A DNA stretch of 64,000 nt from Vermamoeba vermiformis (Eukaryota), in the NCBI GenBank assembly GCA_045837725.1, contig JBEWZL010000289.1:1-64000 (forward strand), given 5' to 3'. Shown piece by piece: positions 1 to 12,896 of the stretch. The first letter of the stretch is position 1. Each line of letters starts with the position of its first letter. The position numbers and the translations under genes were made by a program. The notes beneath the pieces are model-generated. The model did not search any database. It was given only the letters and a program-made list of their open reading frames with translations, and was not told where the DNA came from.

Positions 1-1096
1 ATCCACATCTTCCTCAAGTCATCCCTCGGCAACGAGTGATGGAGCAGCGAGCGTCCATAAAAAGATTAAAGGCCTCGGAGATGACTGGGCGAGTATTAGC
101 GCCGACGACTATTATTCACCAGAGATCTTGGCCAATAAAATGTTTCCGTTCCCGAAAAATGCTAGCGGCGTAAGTAGATTAATTCTAAAATTATTAAGAT
201 AATACTGCATATTTTTTGGCTATTTTTAAAGCTAATCCTTGTATTATATAGACGATCAGACTGCCTGTCAAGCTCTTCATCTCTTCAATTACTCCGTCTC
301 TTGTAAATATGGCGAAAGTCCTCAATTTCTTCAAGAAAGGTTCACTAATATTTGGAGCATCGCACGTAGGATTGCAATTTGGTTCCGTTGTAAGTTAAAA
401 TTTAATTCTTTTGCTCGATCTGATCACTTTCTGATTTTAAGGTCATTGATTGGAACGAAAGCAGCCTTGTACATATTGGAGAGTTAAAGTCTAAGACAGC
501 TACAATATTATTTGATGTTCACGATTCAGTCCAAGTCGTTTACACTCCTGAACTGGAACAAAAGGTCAGCCAAATCCGCTAAAAGTGATTACAAAGATTG
601 ACAGTAGCTTTTAGGCTGTGGAATTTGTACAAAAATGGAACTCTACGATCAAATACTCGCAGACAGAGTGGAACTGTCACAAGTTCGTCAAAGATTTTTT
701 GGATCAAGTCCTCAGCTTGTCGCTTTCGACTTGTTTCCAGGGTATTCTTGGTAAGTGCTATATTTAATGTTCTAATTTTAGCATTATTTCTCATTATTCT
801 CTTTAGGCGAATATATTGAATCGTGTATCATCACCAAAGGCGATCCAAAGCCACGTCTCAAGTCGAAAAACCATGGAGTATTAACATTCGGCACGCACCA
901 AGACTTGGAGCGAATAGAGCGCGAAAGAGAAGAGGACAAAGACAAGCCTGAAGATCAGCAACGTTGGAAATTTACTCCTGAAGAGCTCAAATTGATGAAA
1001 GTGTTTCATCGAGGCTTTCAAATGCGCGAAGCAGTTTCTGGTCATTATGTCAATTGTTATTACGGCAATCCGACTGGCGCATTGGAGATCCTGTAA
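1..1096 (+). CDS. Permuted papain-like (PPPDE/LRAT-type) thiol peptidase, 5'-truncated by window edge; paralogue of 8365-9544
   Basis: Manual splicing (first intron 170-251, three more downstream) gives ...FGASHVGLQFGSVVIDWNESSLVHIG...KWNSTIKYSQTEWNCHKFVKDF..., the His-before-NC order of permuted NlpC/P60; stop at 1094-1096. Confidence 0.65.
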
Positions 1097-1285
1097 CGGA
1101 ACAGTCTCCGACTATTTATTTGTACAATACTCTAAAGAATAATGCTTTGTTGTTACCTTCAACGACAATATATTATTTTAAAATTGTTGAAATGAACTGG
1201 CCGAACTATTTGCCCGGATGTCACATTTGTCTCGTCACATCTTAAGTGCGCACACAAAACCGCCATTCAATCAATTTCGGTAAAG

Positions 1286-3689
1286 ATGGCACACAGTGCA
1301 CGTATTCGTAACCTATTCGATCTTTTCGTTCCTCTCAACGGTCCTGCTAATCTGGAAGCGGTTCCTTTGCTTGGAACGAATTTTGGATTTGCGTTGGGTC
1401 TCAAAAACAACGATGAAAATTGCCTTCAATACCACATTCAACTAGCTTTTAAACATCCGAGAACAGGTGAAGACGTTGCGTTGACCAACTGCTTCGAGTG
1501 GGCGAAGAGAAACGCAATTAGATTTCAACGCTCGGAGGAAACACAAGAAGTCGAGGGAATAATAGTTAAGATTAAATTACCGCCCAAAGTATTCGATTTC
1601 AGAAAGCATAGAACACAACAAACGCGAATTCAAGTGAATGAAATCAAAAATGGTCAGATCATCAAACAAGCATTCAGCAACATCGTCCAAATATTACCTA
1701 AAAGTCGGACCTCGCATACAGACTCTACGGGTAAGCGATTTAACATTTTTAAGAATTTTTTAAGATAAAGATACGTTTAATTAGCTCGTCTGCGGAATCT
1801 GCGCTAACGATTCACTTTAGTACTTATACCAGTTTTATGGATGCAAGACGTTATTCCATTGAGCCCTGTTTCACCGCTGAACCTTTCTTCGTATGTGGCG
1901 GAAAGTCCGGCGGACGAGATCGAGAACCTAGGAGACATCGACCCACTGCTGCCCACGTAAGTTTCTTCTGACCGTGAATTCCTTACCTAACGTTTATGTG
2001 TAGCCCGTATAATTACGATGCAGAGCTACAGTACCTATCAAGAACAACAATACCGGCGAGCAATACATGGTACTTTACAACGGCAACGCAGAAGTCGTTG
2101 GTAACTTCAGAGCATTGAACTTCTACAAGTCATCAGACATCAATATCAAAGAGGACATCAGGCTGCTCGTTGAAGGTACGTACGGTGCAGGACAAGCACT
2201 ACTGCACGAGCTGCTACTTCGTGTACCAATTGACTAACACGTGTCATATCTCTCCTTCAGACCGCGATTGCCGTGACACGTTGCTTCAAATCGACGGAGT
2301 AAACTACAAGTTCAAGCAAGGAGTGCATCCAGACACGAACAGACGATTTGTTGGCTACATTGCACAACAAGTGGAGAGTGTTGTTCCTGAAGCTGTTCAG
2401 CTCATTGATGGTAAGTTCTATTGTCTCGTTTATACTCATATCGACTATGAAACTAATACAGAGCATACTTAGGTATTCTTCATGTCGACTATGAGTCTCT
2501 GATTCCATATCTGAGCGAGTCAGTTCGTGCCAACTATGGTGACATCAACGATCTTCGCTCAAAGACAGAACGAATTCAACGAACTATTGACGAGATGTAC
2601 GAGCAATTTATCCGTAAGACAGAGTCTCCTCAGCAAACTTCGACGTCATCAAAGCCTCAACGTGCATCACGAGTGAAAAAACTTGTTCTGCTTAGCGTCA
2701 TTTCGGTTACAGTATTGGTCGCTATACTTGCCACGTTGGCCTTCATTGGTGTGATCCCTATCCAAAACTTTGGTGGCTCGCAAGACGACACACCACCAAG
2801 CCCAGACTCGAAGTTTCCACCAGAGTTCAGCGTCGCTTGGAAAGATTTATATAGTTCAACGAATGGTGACACGTGGCTGAGAAAAGACAATTGGCTCAAC
2901 GAACAAATATCAATTTGCGAGTGGTACGGCGTGAAGTGCATCGAACAACAGCGTTACTTGAACGGAACTGCGGTGACATATAATTTCATTCACATCTCAT
3001 TGGACAACAACAACTTGACTGGCACATTGCCCTCGTCATTGAACAATATCACGTGGCTTCAAAGTCTCGCTCTGCGGAACAACTCGTTGACTGGAACCAT
3101 CCCTGAAGAATTCGCGAAGATTGAAAACTTGGAAGTTCTAAGATTGTCGAGCAACAGATTGACGGGAACGTTGCCTAATATGGCTAAATTTTCCAAGTTG
3201 ATAGTGCTGGATCTGAACAGAAATCAGTTCTACGGCACATTCCCGAAAGATTTCTTCGACAACGATCACATCAATGAAGTCTACTTGGCAAACAATCAGA
3301 TCGAAGGCCCCATACCAGGGCATAGCCGACTAAAAGTGCTGGATCTGAGTTCAAACCGCATCAACGGATCTCTTCCCTTCTTAAGCGTTGCATTGGAATA
3401 CCTCGATTTATCCAACAATAGGATTGAAGGCGAGGTCTTAGCGTCAACTGCAAACGCGATCCATCTCAACTTGGCGAACAACAGATTCAGCGGTCATTTT
3501 ACAATGTCAGCCGAACAATTCATCAAAATGAGGTACCTTAATATTTCAAATAATATGCTTCGTACTTGGCAAGACGAGTACCCTCGCGTGCCTGAGAACG
3601 GGTTCCGATGCGACGCAAGTAATAATCAGTTTGCTTGTCCGTTGGGATCGGTTTATATCGAACATATTTGTCGTGCTACTTGTAAATAG
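1286..3689 (+). CDS. MYRF-like membrane-tethered autocleaving protein, copy 1: N-terminal putative DNA-binding domain + peptidase S74/ICA + coiled coil + TM + LRR ectodomain
   Basis: Introns 1731-1820, 1957-2003, 2176-2260, 2411-2472. NFYKSSDINIKEDI, GYIAQQVESVVPEAV and LHVDYESLIPYLSESVR are S74 motifs; TM LVLLSVISVTVLVAILATLAFIGVI; LRRNT W..ICEWYGVKC and LxLxxNxLxGxIP repeats; apparent 1-nt frameshift near 2040. Confidence 0.85.
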
Positions 3690-3926
3690 GATCATAATTA
3701 AATAGTGTAGATATTAGGCTCCTGCTGATTTAAAATTCAGCTAGATCAAGACTTACTTACCGACGAAATAGCTGAATAGATTAACGATCAGGTTCGCCAA
3801 AGTACTTTAAAATAATTCCGGCCTTTTTCAAGTAAAATGATGCAAAATCTGATAGGACTGGCTATTTGCCCGGAAGGGAATCAACTGGCACTCGTCACTT
3901 TTTTACTATGTATTGATCATCAACAA

Positions 3927-6455
3927 ATGGCACACACCGCTCGCATTCGGAACATATTTGATTTGTATATTCCTCTAAGTGGTCCCGCGAATCTCGAATC
4001 TGTTCCGTTGTTGGGGAAGAATTTTGGATTTGCTTTGGCCGAGAAAAATAACGATGAAAGCAGCCTACAGTACCATATAACACTTGTTTATAAACAGCCT
4101 CAAACTAACGAAGAAGTTTCATTGCCAAACTGCTTCGTTTGGGCGAAGAGAAAACCAATAAGATTTCAACGCTCTGAGGAAACACAAGAAGTTGAAGGAA
4201 TAGTCGTAAGAATTAAGCTTCCAGCCAAATTGTTCGATTTTCGAAGATACAAAGCCCGAGAAATACGAATTCAAGTGAATGAAATCAAAAATGGCCAGAT
4301 CATAAAACAAGCATTCAGCAACATCGTCCAAATATTACCAATAAATCGCCAAGGGAGCTCCGACTCAACGGGTAAGCAATTGGATCAAGTTAAAAATATT
4401 TTCGGCAGGCGTACGCCAAAAAATACGAAAATATGTATTTTCTCGTGGATTTACTCACCGGTTTATTGTTAAGCTTTTATCCCCGTGTTTTGGGTACCAG
4501 ATTTCGTTCCGACATCACCTTTAAGCCAAGTTTCGCCCAATCTTTCGGCTTATGTTGAAGAAAGTCCACACGAGTCTTTTTATGTTGACTACAACCAAGC
4601 GAGCTATTCTAACGAAGACTCGGGGCAAGGTTATTCGCAGACCAATCAGATGTATCCCTACGATCAGTCAAAGTAAGTTTTCACATCCGTTTTTTACGGC
4701 TATTAACTGCTTCGTAGCGCTATCGAATTGCAATATTTGCCCAAGAACAACAACAACGATACAGAGCTACAGTATATAGCGAGCAACAACAATGGCGAGC
4801 AATACATGGTACTTTACAACGGCAATGCAGAAGTCGTTGGAAACTTCAGAGCATTGAACTTCTACAAGTCATCAGACATCAATATCAAAGAGGACATTAG
4901 GCTGCTCGTTGAAGGTACGTAGGATGTGCTGGATAGTACATGTTGAAGCTCTACCAGACACATGGGATCGCGTGTAACATTTGACTGACACGCGTCATTT
5001 ATGTACTTTAGATCATGACTGCCGCAATACTCTACTTCAAATCGACGGTGTCAAGTACAAGTTCAAGCAAGGAGTGCATCCAGACACGAACAGACGATTT
5101 GTTGGCTACATTGCACAACAAGTGGAGAGTGTTGTTCCTGAAGCTGTTCAGCTCATCGATGGCGAGTTCTATTGTCTCATTTATGCTCATATTGACTATC
5201 AAACTAATTGCGGTCACACTTAGGTATTCTTCACGTTGACTATGAGTCTCTGATACCATATCTGAGCGAGTCAGTTCGTGCCAATTATGGTGACATCAGT
5301 GATCTTCGATCGAAAACAGATCGAATCCAACGAACTATTGACGAGATGTACGAGCAATTTCTGCAAAAAGACAACGCTGCTAAGCAATACTCAACGCCGT
5401 CACGCAATAATAATAACTATCAACGCGGATCACGAACGAAAAAGATCGTGCTCCTTGCAGTTAGCTGTGTAACGATTCTAGCCACCGTCCTCATGGCACT
5501 GGCATTCGCTGGAGTTATTCCGCTCCACAGCGCCGAGCAAGATGATTTTAAAATTCCGCCGGAGTTCGTTACGGCTATGAAAGATTTTTATGTTGCAACA
5601 AACGGTGACACGTGGCTGAGAAAAGACAATTGGCTCAACGAACAAATATCGATCTGCGAGTGGTACGGCGTTAAATGCGAGAACACGTGGCATTATTTCG
5701 ACGAGCTTACGAACGGCACTATGCCACGCGAGTTGTGGACCAACATTCACATTTGGCTGGACAACAATAACTTGACTGGCACATTGCCATCGTCACTGAA
5801 CAAAATCACGTGGCTTAGTAGTCTTGTACTGCGGAACAACTCGTTGACTGGCACTATAACTGACAAATTTGGACAGCTTGACAGATTGACAGAGCTAAGG
5901 CTTGCGGACAACAGTCTCACGGGATCACTTCCAAATATAGTAAAATATCCTGAACTGCGCGTGCTCGATCTGAGCAGAAACAAATTCTACGGCACACTTC
6001 CCGAACATTTTCTCAGTGGCGAATGGATTGCGGAAGTGAACTTGGCAAACAATCAGATCGACGGAACAATTCCGGACTGTCGAATGATTGACACGCTGGA
6101 TCTGAGTTCAAATCGATTCAATGGAACACTGCCGTACTTTGGATTCGGTCTAAAGTACCTCAATTTGGCGAACAATATGCTGACAGGCGACTCATTTGCC
6201 GCGACCAGATCCGACTCATTAGTTCATCTCGATTTGTCCAATAATCAGCTCAACGGAGATTTCCATCTTTTACCGGTTGCATTCAACCAAATGGTCTACC
6301 TTGATATTTCAAACAATCGATTTCGGAAGTGGGATGAGGTCACTGTTTTACCAGAAAATCTGGCTGTTTGTTCAGCGAGTAACAACCAGTTTGTATGTCC
6401 GTTAGGATCTGATTGGATGCAGAACAAATGCTTTGCGACGTGTAGAGCCACTTAA
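3927..6455 (+). CDS. MYRF-like S74/ICA-TM-LRR protein, copy 2
   Basis: N-domain MAHTARIRNIFDL... similar to copy 1; YMVLYNGNAEVVGNFRALNFYKSSDINIKEDI; GC-AG intron 5162-5223; TM and LRR repeats with Cys-rich C-terminal cap. Confidence 0.85.
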
Positions 6456-6773
6456 TTATCCGCCATAATGAGTTGATGGCAATCATCGAATGTACAGTTT
6501 TAATAGTGTAATTAAATTTCAGTTTTATTTTGTTCTAATTAATTCTTTTGGCGATAACGCGTTTAACAATTCTTCCGTAAAAAACGTACAAGTTCGAACA
6601 AAATAACTTCGACTTACATTGGAAAATTATTCAGCCTTCATCTGGAGGTATATAGTGCAGTTTACCTACTATCGTTGTGGTACTTTTTGGATGGCGAATT
6701 CGCTTTAAACGTTGACAGGTGTCGCCGGCGAAGGAAAAATTCTTTATTATGCACATCGTATCCTTCAAGGCTA

Positions 6774-8074
6774 TTATTCCTCGCTGACTAATGACACAAC
6801 GAGTTCATTAATTTGATCCTCATTGTCCTGGATGTACTCCAACACGAGCTTTTGCAGCAAAGCTAGCGTGGGTGCGTCGACCACATCCAGCGGATAAGAC
6901 TGCGGCATATCAACATTGAGCCTAAAATATTTGGTAGTTGCATAACGAGGATTATTTTGCAATTGTTTTTTGACTCGTTCATGAATCAACTCGCTGCTGG
7001 TCGCGATCTTCAAAGCTTCTTGGACCGTGTTGGAAATGAGTCCTGAGACTGATACGCTTCGTTGTCGTACGTCGTCCTTGCCTAAATATAGGCCAGTGCC
7101 TATTGATACGATTGAAGCTGGTGGCAGATCCGGCCATAAATTGCAACTTTCGTCCATCGCGAGCTCCGTTGGATTGTTTGCTAAGAATCCGCCGTCTTGA
7201 TAAATATTATCGCCTAATAATAGCATAGTTTAGTAATGCTAATTTATTAATACAACAGTATTACTAGCGCTTACCTTTTTTGTAATTCTGAAAATAGATC
7301 GTGGCAGCGGATGTAGCCCGAAGAGCCTCCCAAACGTCCCATTCAGCTGAATTTGGAGTATAATTGCCTAATAAAACGGGTGTTGGATTGTTTGGATTGG
7401 TATAATCTGTTGCTACGACGAAGGCCTAATCAAAAAAGAATTAGAAAGTCGGATCGGATTTGAAGTTTTTGTTTAAATCAACTTACGTAAGGGTATTGTA
7501 CTGTATTCAATTTGACATTATCCCCGACAATAGCTTTCAGTATACTTTCATAATTAGCAACGTCGTATAATTCGTTCGCAGTTGACAGACTGCTGATTTT
7601 TGCGATTGCTCCTCGTGAAAAGATTTTTGAGCCTTAAGATAATATTAATTATAGTTGAATATGAATTTCATACTATGATCAATCAGCTTACCAACTTCTT
7701 TGTACATTTTTTCCGCATCAGTGCCTGACATTGCTTTGTAAACGAGCGCAAAACTCAATAAACCTCCCGTGCTCGTGCCGCAAATTAAATCAAATAAATC
7801 TCCAATCTAAAATAAATAATTAATAATTAATTTGGACGTTCAGAAATAAATAAAGAATTACCTTTTTTCCGGCTCTCTTCTCGATCTCCTTCAAAAATTC
7901 AGCTTCTATTATTCCTCGCATGCCTCCTCCATCTAGGCATAATATTCGTGGCTTTCGTGTCGTGGAATGCTCGCGTTGTGCTAAACTGGATTTGCTCGCA
8001 AAAGAAGCAATTCTAATATTGTGATGCTGGCCACTATTAGGTGAGGGACTTGGTGCAGGAGAGACGTTGCCCAT
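6774..8074 (-). CDS. Patatin-like phospholipase (iPLA2/PNPLA-like)
   Basis: Spliced motifs RILCLDGGGMRG, FDLICGTSTGG (GxSxG), ALRATSAA, DGGFLANNP (DGG); N-terminus MGNVS..., possible myristoylation. Confidence 0.88.
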
Positions 8075-8364
8075 GGTGCGCGAAAATTAAATAAAATTGA
8101 ATTTGATCTGATGTTGTGTCAATTGTTTCTTTGGGCGGGCAATCTCCGCAGATTGATTTTATACCGAATATTCGCGGACAGAGCGAATTTCAACCAATAG
8201 GGACTTCTGATGGTTAATAAAGAATAGAATTATCACATTCCAAACCGTAAAAAGCGATTCTAACAATTGTCCCTTTCGATCGAAATTTTAACTTGTGTCC
8301 TGTTTGGTCATTTTTACAATTTACCCGTGTAATAGCAACAACATATAACATAGTATAATTAACA

Positions 8365-9544
8365 ATGGGCAATCTCTTCTCTGCCTCACCTACGCCTCAG
8401 CCCTCAGGCCCATCCGCTTCCAATTCTCCAACACAACCGTCTAATGCCTCGAGTACCGACGAAACAGCCAAAGTTCATAAGAAAATTCTACTATTAGGCT
8501 CAAATTGGGAGAATATTAGCGCTGATGAATATTACAATGCTGAAATTTTAGGAGCCAAGATCTTCCCGTTTCCAAAGAATACAAATAATGTAAGTAACCG
8601 CAATTGCAAATTCAATTATATACACCAAAATTAATTAAATACTAATTTTGCATTATATTTTTGATTTAATAGAGGATCGTGCTGCCTGTCAAAATTTTTA
8701 TTTCAAATATTACTCCCGCGATGACAAATATGGCGAAAGCATTAAGATTCTTCAAAAGCGATAGTCTATTATTTGGTCCTGCTCATGCAGGCATTCAATT
8801 CGGCAATGTGGTATGTAAATTTCAATTCTTCGTTGCGCGATCAAAAAAAATAACGCATCCAGGTCATTGATTGGAACCAAAGCAGTCTCGTACATATTGG
8901 AGAATTAAAATCATCGACAGCTACAGTATTATTCGAGATTCATGACTCCGTTCAAGCATTGTACACTCCCGAGCTCGAACAAAAGGTACTCGATCTGATT
9001 CAATTTCGATTAAAAGCGAATTTATTCTTAATATATTCCTTTAGGCCGTTGCTTTTATCCAAAAATGGAACGCATCGAAGAAATACTCGTACGGAACTTG
9101 GAACTGCCACAGATTCGTCAAAGACTTTATGGAAGAAGTCCTCAGTATGTCGCTTCACCAATGTTTTAAAGGCGCTCTTGGTACGTATACAATATACCAA
9201 TATTTTATCAATATGAAATCATTATTAACGCTATTCTAGGCGAATACATCGAATACGTTATTTCCACCGGAGATCCGACACCTCGCCTCAAGTTAACGAA
9301 CTATGCCGATAAGATTATCACTTTTAAGACCCACGCTGACTTAGAGGTCATCGAGCACGAGCGCTACGAAGAAGAGCGGAACAATGTGCCTGTTGTCAAT
9401 CGCAAGTGGAACTTGACCAAAGAGGAGGTCAAGCTGATGAAAGTTTTTCACCGTGGATTTCAACTGCAAGAAGCTGCACGCGAAATCTCGTTTGATTGTT
9501 TCTACGGCAATCCAACCATGACGTTAGAAGTGCTTAATAGTTAA
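8365..9544 (+). CDS. Permuted papain-like (PPPDE/LRAT-type) thiol peptidase with predicted N-myristoylation
   Basis: MGNLFSAS start; FGPAHAGIQFGNVVIDWNQSS...KWNASKKYSYGTWNCHRFVKDF; same intron positions as 1-1096. Confidence 0.65.
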
Positions 9545-9590
9545 GAGTAATAATAACCGTTTACATGTAAATAAAAACTTTTGTTCACAG

Positions 9591-12500
9591 CTATTTTGCC
9601 TTGATTTGTTTCAGAATTTCAATGCAGCGACGAATGCTCGGTCTTTCAATCGGATCCGTTCTACAACAATTGATAACGAGCTGTTTGAACTCGGGATCTT
9701 GTACCACCTCGCTGATCCTTTCAATTCGCTTTTCTTCGTCAAATATTACCGCCAAATGAGTGTTAGATACCATTTCAAATAAGAGGACACCAAAACTTAA
9801 GTAAGCAAAGGTTAGTACCATGCAGCACTTGCGAACGTCAAAAACGCAAACATTTCGGAAGTGACACGTGTCAAAGTGTCAAAGTGTCAAAAAGTCGAGT
9901 GACTTACGAATAAATGTCAGCCTTTTCGTTGTACGGTGCCTCTTGCAATATTTCAGGAGCGATGAATCCAAAGGTTCCAATGACAGTACTTGCCGCTGAA
10001 CTTGTGTGTAGGAGTCTTGCGGTTCCAAAGTCCGATATTTTGGCTCTCTTCTTGTTTTGATAGAGCTTTTTACTGATTAGTATCGGGTCATTTGATTCAA
10101 TAAGCAAGACTTACTAACACGTTGGCGCCTTTAAGATCTCTATGAATTATTTTTGGATTCAACGAGTGCAGGTAGTTCAAACCTTTAGCCACATCAAGCG
10201 CCAGCGTAATAATTTCCTGTCGTTTTAGAGTGACTTTATCACGGAATAGCAAGTCTTCTAACGACCCATTCTTCATGTACTCCATTACTAACAGCACGTC
10301 GTTCGTCTCTTCATTCTTTGAAATGCCCATCGATAGAACGATGTGCTTGTGGTGAAGCGATCTATCGAGCAAATATTAAGCTATCTTGAACGCACGAACA
10401 TCGTTACGTACATCAGGGTTCGAGCCTCTTCAAGGATAGTAGTCTGATCAAGACTGCTTGACTTCACTCGCTTAACAACGACGTTTTGGCCGTGCCATTT
10501 GGCTTTATAGATCTCGCCATAGCTGCCTTCGCCGAGCTTTTCACCTATTGAAATTTCACTGAAAGCGATATCTGTGCTTTGTTAGTCGTTGCTTTAACGA
10601 AATGTTAAACTTACCTGACGGGCTAAATTCTTTCAAAGAATCAACTTGCGCGTACATCTCCCTCTCGTCCTGCTTCATTAAGGCGACTTCTTCGTCAATG
10701 TCTTGTTTTGGGAATGTATATTTTCTTCGTCTTCGGAGCCATAATAAAACTAATACAACGGCACCCAAGAATACACCACTTAACATTACTATTATCCAGA
10801 CTGCTCCATCATTGCCAGAAGATAAACTTGGTGCATTAGCAGGTGACATTGGTAACCCAGTACTTGGACTCAAGTCAGCACTTGGTACTTCGCTTGGTGC
10901 GGGAGAACTTAGTACCGGTGATTCTGCACTACCCGGTGAGATTTGCTGCGGCGATAAATTTGCTGGCGTTTCCAAATTGTCGGATGGAGAGCTAACCGGC
11001 GGAAGTCGTGACGGTTCCAAATTTCTTAAGTAGTAATGTTGGTGACGCCAGTCGCACGATGAAATGTTGCATTTCTGGTTGAAGCCCAACATATTATGAG
11101 TTAAGTTGCTGAAGAGAAGTTTAATTAGTTACCGAATGTCAATTTTTTCTTACCAATTGAGTACGCTCTGGGAAACAACCGGTGGACATCCCGTTAATTC
11201 ATTGTTGGATAGATTTCTGGCTCGATTGAATTAAGCATATTAATTATGTGAAGTTAGCGTGCTTACAGTTGCGATAATTTTGGTAGATTGTTGAATTTGA
11301 TATCGGAAATATTTCCGCTAAGTCTGTTGTAACTCAAGTCTCTACGAAAAATAATCAACACAAACATCAAATCAATTAATTTTTCGTACAATATTTCTAA
11401 GAACTGTGCTTTCATGCTGACGTCAGATATTGGACCCTCTAGATCATAATGGGAAATATTTCTGTCAAATACGTTAGCAACCGTGATGGTAACTTTTTCG
11501 TTACGTACACTTTTATGAGGTGCATTTGATCGTAAATATGAGACCATGTCAATTCCTTTGCACGCAGAATGTTGAACTTGTACAGCTCTGTTAGCCAAAT
11601 TGAATAATTCGATGAAGCAACCCATGTTCATGTAGCAACTGGATAGACCGAGGAGTGTCGGTGAAAGCATAAATGGCGTGGGTCCGAAGCCCCTAAAGGA
11701 ACGGAACGTCTGTTCTTCCGCACCATCAAAATGCACGACTGAAATGCTGAATGACATGTCATATTGAAGGTAGCACAGGACGGTTAAAAATGTATCCTTG
11801 AAATTGTAAAGGAAACTATCGCAATTTTTGAAATGCGCTTTTCGTACACTTGTATTGTTGGTGAATATTTGGTACACGTATCGAGTTGAGGTTGACTGCT
11901 CCCAAAAAATATTGATCAACGAGTCCTCTGCTGGCAGCAAATCAATACCTTGGTTAGTGATAAGGCTCTTCTTTGTCTCGGTGCCATTGAAATAAACGAC
12001 TGTATACTGCCATTGATTTTGAATATCGTTCGTGAACAAAAATCATAAGCTAGTTGAAACTTAGAGCATCCTCCTCTAATTGAAACGGTTTGATGCTTCG
12101 ATATCGTTCCGTTGACTTCTATATGCCTAATATGGTAAGTTTCTTCGCTGATGTCGCATGATCCAACCATGAAGCAATCGTCTTTTCGCAAAATAGAATT
12201 AATTTGCTCGCTGCTGCCAAACTTTTGCTTCTTTGAAGTAAAACCATTTCCATCGTATGTTAATATGATGAAAGGGCTGCTAGCTATAGCCACGTAATCT
12301 ACTGGACCTTTCGAAATCCGCACCGTCTTGGGATCCTTTGACCAATAAGCAAGTTCAACGTAAGGAATAGTATTATTTTCATAACCGACAGTACTGGGTT
12401 TAAAAGATTGATAATACAACATCCCGCCGGTTATGTTCCAAACGGCAATGAAATGCTCTACAATGAGTTAGGATTTAAATAATCGTATGCTTTCTTACCC

Positions 12501-12706
12501 TCTGACAAAGATTGCAGAGAAACATCTTTAACATTATTGGCAGTGATATTTAACTTGACGAAGGGTCCTTTGAGTGCTGGATGCGAAAAACATTATTATT
12601 TGGATCCGTCGATTTACGAGTTTTGTTTAATTAAATTACCTTGGCCACTAATTAATAAAATATTTGAAAATATTATAACAATCCAGAGGAACTGCAACGG
12701 CCCCAT
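9591..12706 (-). CDS. LRR receptor-like kinase (signal peptide, ectodomain with a few LRRs, Ser/Pro stalk, TM, TKL-type kinase)
   Basis: Signal-like exon MGPLQFLWIVIIFSNILLISGQ from 12706; DLSYNRLSGNI LRR; TM VWIIVMLSGVFLGAVVLVLLWL-RRRRK; GEGSYG, HRDLKGANVL, DFG, GTFGFIAPE; apparent frameshift near 12030. Confidence 0.85.
9862..9889. repeat. Intronic 28-bp element TGACACGTGTCA(AAGTGTCA)2
   Basis: Reverse complement matches 25681-25708 at 27/28 nt; shorter copy at 39516-39535. Confidence 0.7.
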
Positions 12707-12896
12707 TTCATCACCTGACCACAGAACTGCAATGCCAGCGCTTGTTCTTTAAACTCTGCTATGGCTTCAGTTCGCGCAGGTTTACTGTGGTTGTGGTTGT
12801 TTGGAAAGACATAAAGTCAGACGAATTCAATCAAAAAGTTTTGAACCTGTCAATCACTGACACTCGTCACCAGTTATTCAAATTAATTCAAGTACG

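Noticed and set aside
2063-2545. Prophage/tailspike gene or transposon suggested by the S74 domain and four near-identical repeats
   Set aside because: The repeats are spliced exons embedded in host genes; no phage genes, terminal repeats or transposase are present
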